DNA of 32,000 bases from Demequinaceae bacterium (lineage in GTDB: Bacteria > Actinomycetota > Actinomycetes > Actinomycetales > Demequinaceae), in assembly GCA_965250005.1 (NCBI GenBank), contig OZ252279.1, positions 1,968,754 to 2,000,753 of the forward strand, in the 5' to 3' direction. The notes below the pieces were generated by a model. It had not been told where the DNA came from. It worked only from the letters and a program-made list of their open reading frames with translations, and did not search any database. A program made the translations under genes and the position numbers. This document shows, piece by piece, positions 28,984 to 32,000 of this stretch. The first letter of the stretch is position 1. Each line of letters begins with the position of its first letter.

Positions 28984-29361
28984 ATGAATGATCTGACAAT
29001 GACTGTGAACGGCTGGGTGGCCACTCAGCCAGCCCAGCATGTGGGGCCGTCGGGGGTGCGGCTCACCAGTTTTCGGATGGCGAGCACGTCCCGGTACTAC
29101 GACCGGGAGAAGCAAGAATGGGTGGACGGCCGCACCGAGTGGTTCTCCGTCAAGGTGTTCCGGAACGCCGCGATCACCGTGGCGAACTCTATTCACAAGG
29201 GGCAGCCCGTTGTGGTTCACGGGCGCTTCCGGACATCCGAGTGGGAAGGCGACTCCGGGACGCGCGTGGACCTCGTGATCGACGCGACAAGCGTGGGGCA
29301 CGACTTGACGCGCGGTACAGCGGACTTCTCGCGGGCAGTGGGCGATGGTGCACTAACCTAA
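28984..29361 (+). CDS. ssb: Single-stranded DNA-binding protein, probably truncated at the compositional junction
   Basis: OB-fold MNDLTMTVNGWVATQPAQHVGPSGVRLTSFRMASTSRYYDREKQEWVDGRTEWFSVKVFRNAAITVANSIHKGQPVVVHGRFRTSEWEGDSGTRVDLVIDATSVGHDL. Strong aaggagggcg RBS. The stop lies at the shift to AT-rich DNA. Confidence 0.85.
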   Translation: MNDLTMTVNGWVATQPAQHVGPSGVRLTSFRMASTSRYYDREKQEWVDGRTEWFSVKVFRNAAITVANSIHKGQPVVVHGRFRTSEWEGDSGTRVDLVIDATSVGHDLTRGTADFSRAVGDGALT

Positions 29362-29365
29362 AATT
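29355..29365. other. Compositional breakpoint between actinobacterial and eukaryote-like DNA
   Basis: GC-rich coding sequence ends at ...gcagtgggcgatggtgcactaacc and gives way abruptly to aaaattaaaactggttttgactataaaatatgatc. Confidence 0.9.
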
Positions 29366-29600
29366 AAAACTGGTTTTGACTATAAAATATGATCGGTTTC
29401 AGTTCGGTTAACCTTATGAATACAGCTCTATTTATTATACAGCTTAAATGGTACATGTATGGATGTGTAGGAGATCTAATAGAATGTATGTAAAATAATA
29501 CTTCTTGACATACATTTTGGTGGATGAAGGAAAAAAAGGGGATGTGGAAGTCGAAGGAGGGGAACTACAACATGAAGAGGTGAGGAAAAGCAAGAGGAGT

Positions 29601-29659
29601 TAGAAGAAGAGGAAGAAAAAGAAGAAAAAGAAGAAGAAGAAGAAGAAGAAGAAGAAGAA
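29601..29659 (+). repeat. (AAG)n / (GAA)n microsatellite, impure at the 5' side
   Basis: tagaagaagaggaagaaaaagaagaaaaagaagaagaagaagaagaagaagaagaagaa; the last ~30 nt are uninterrupted AAG units. Confidence 0.97.
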
Positions 29660-29662
29660 TAT

Positions 29663-29736
<74 letters not shown>

Positions 29737-30396
29737 AATAATAATAGTAGTAGAATAAGAAAAATAAATAGTAGTAAAAGTACTTAAAGAAGAAGAAGAA
29801 ACAAAAAGAAGAAATGGAATGATGGAAAATATGAAAAAAGAAGGAAGAAAATGAGACTGAGAGATTGGGCAACAAATCAAGCACTGTACTTGGAATGGCA
29901 AACAAATAGAAAACAGCATAGTTAAATGTAAAAACCTGAACTTTAACTTTCAAACTTGTACTTTGCCAGAACTTGAAGAAGGAAACACTCATTAGAAGAA
30001 TTTCTTCTATGTGATATGGAACATTACTTCATAATTTGATCTACATGTATGAAGTGATGTCCTTGGTTTCCATGGCTACATAAACATCTAACACTTTACA
30101 CTGGAAGAGGGGGAGCTCATATTTCCATGAAGTAACCATGGAAACAACATGCCCTCATCTTAAAGGTAGTGGATCCCATTTGCAGTCTCAAAATGTGAGA
30201 CTGGATAAAAAATAATGGCATGTAGAAGTAAATACCATGTAGGAACTCTCTGTAAAAAATAAGAACTGGAAACTAACTTTAGGTTGATTTTTTATGAATA
30301 AATTATTTAGCTCTGAATTTGAGTTAATGTATGGGCCATACAAAAATTGTCAATAGGGCTTACACACTAAACTCTATTTTAGAGTTTTATCTCTTA

Positions 30397-30603
30397 CTGT
30401 ATACGCCATATATTTCGCGAGTCTAATTTTTCGCGAATCCGGACTTCAATACATTTTCGCGAGTGGGTATATTCGCGATCGAGGAGGAGAGCAATGGATG
30501 GATCGGAGGTTAATTTATTTTCGCGTGTTGTTGAATTCGCGAAAAGCACCGACTCGCGAAATTCGCGAAAATAAAACCCCCGCGAAATATATGGCGTATA
30601 CAG
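30397..30603. mobile_element. 207-bp MITE-like element with 23-bp perfect terminal inverted repeats and TA target-site duplication
   Basis: CTGTATACGCCATATATTTCGCG at 30397-30419 and its exact reverse complement at 30581-30603, flanked by TA on both sides. No ORF coding for a transposase. Confidence 0.85.
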
Positions 30604-31293
30604 TATTTGAAAATTTTACAACTTACAACTATAAGATTTCATATTCATCATCACACTACTATATATTTATCATCCTTGCATAGTTTTGTGATGTTTAAGG
30701 ATATCTGCAAATAGGATCTACTACCTTTAACAGGAAACAAACATCATTGCTGAACTGTTAATGCATTTAAGCAAACTCTACCTGTTTTAAATTGGTTGTG
30801 TACTCAGGGCTAAAAATACATAGATTTAATTAATGGGGTCTTTTTCCTAGTTTGTCAGGGAATTTAAGGGGCCCATAAAAATTTGTTAAGAGGGCTGTGT
30901 TTATAGCTTATGGGGGGCTATAAAATATACAAATCTATAGACATTCTTGTATTTTACTGCTATTTGTAATACATTCCTAAATAAAAGTGTACATAACTGT
31001 ACTGCAAAGTTGTACAAAATAACAATTTTTACCATTAGGCACCTAAATCAGTACACAAATAAAGAATTAATTTCCTATGATTTCCAGAGCTCATTAGCCT
31101 CAAGCCTGTGTACATGTACTTTGAGCAATGGTTAATCATACTGACACACAGATGTTTAACAACATAATTGCCCTGATTTTATGGACCTGAATAACTACGG
31201 GTAAATCATATCTATTTTAACAGGGCTTATTTCCTACATTTATACAGAGTATGCAGAATGAAGAGGCAAACTCCCCTTAGGCTAGTCTCCTAG

Positions 31294-31656
31294 GGTGTGT
31301 TTATCGCATTTTTCTGAATTAGAAACAGGCGATAAACAGGCTTTTGATACCCATAATCAAACGCCGATACAAACGCGTATACAAACCCGTTTCTCGGACG
31401 TCGTGTTTATCGGCCCGTTTCTAGTAGGGGGTATAAAACGTTTGTCTCTGCTTCTCTGCGCAGCTGCAGTGCTTTCTAGCTCATCGGGTGACCATCGGGC
31501 GATCAAAAGCCACAAATTTGTGGCTTTCAAATCAGGTAGGCTAAACGGCTATCAAAACGGCTTTGCGTTTATCGAGGGCGATCTGGTAGGCTAATCACGA
31601 ATCAAAACACTGTTTAGAACGCAGAAACACGACAGAAACAGGGCGATAAACACACC
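31294..31656. mobile_element. 363-bp MITE-like element with 14-bp terminal inverted repeats
   Basis: GGTGTGTTTATCGC at 31294-31307 and exact reverse complement GCGATAAACACACC at 31643-31656. Flanked by CCTAG at 31289-31293 and 31657-31661. Confidence 0.75.
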
Positions 31657-32000
31657 CCTAGATACCAAATGGCTTAAACATTAAAGGGGGGGAAATTGTG
31701 CTAGTTGTGAGATGAGTCTATTTCCTATAAAATTTTCCATAGTTTTCATGAAACAATCTTATGTGTAAACAGTTATTGTTTTTGTAATTTGTATAATAAC
31801 ATGCAAGGTTATGTAAACAAAAGTGGGAGTACATACCTTTCAATACAAACAACATTTTGACTGCAGACTGCAGTGTCCTTAAAAGCACATTAAAAGGCGA
31901 ATCTATTTTGTTTGCCCAATGGGTGTACATAAATATGTTCTCTACCTGGTTCAGTAATAGTGATTTACACAATCTATTGTTCACATACATGTAGTTCAGT

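Noticed and set aside
30498-31594. Short plus-strand ORFs (61, 63, 99 aa) in the AT-rich segment
   Set aside because: Short and without recognisable domains; two overlap the MITE-like elements and are not credible genes.

Overview
The window splits into two unrelated sequence types. Positions 1 to about 29,360 are GC-rich, densely coded actinobacterial chromosome with intact genes. By gene content it looks Micrococcales-like, which is inference. Positions about 29,362-32,000 are AT-rich, non-coding, animal-like DNA with (AAG)n and (AGT)n microsatellites and two MITE-like inverted-repeat elements. The switch falls at the 3' end of a probably truncated ssb gene, so the contig is most likely a chimera or a host/cobiont join. 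An integrated bacterial fragment is possible but unproven. The bacterial part includes: an edge-truncated fatty-acid desaturase; an ArsR/KmtR-like regulator with a CDF metal exporter; a DUF817 protein; a Na+/Ca2+ exchanger-family antiporter; an ABC exporter pair; the cluster DUF3039-clpS-DUF2017-murI-MBL-rph-rdgB; a DUF4916 protein; trxA; bcp; a 1509-aa zinc-ribbon membrane protein; an osmoprotectant ABC transporter; orn; an OYE-family oxidoreductase; two adjacent dynamin-like GTPases; and four tRNAs (Leu-TAG, Lys-CTT, His-GTG, Arg-TCT). The most interesting bacterial observation is that the rdgB ORF continues, through an Ala/Pro-rich linker, into a divergent Mug/TDG-like uracil-DNA-glycosylase-like domain whose expected catalytic motif is altered. 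I found no convincing novel defence system, CRISPR array or prophage.
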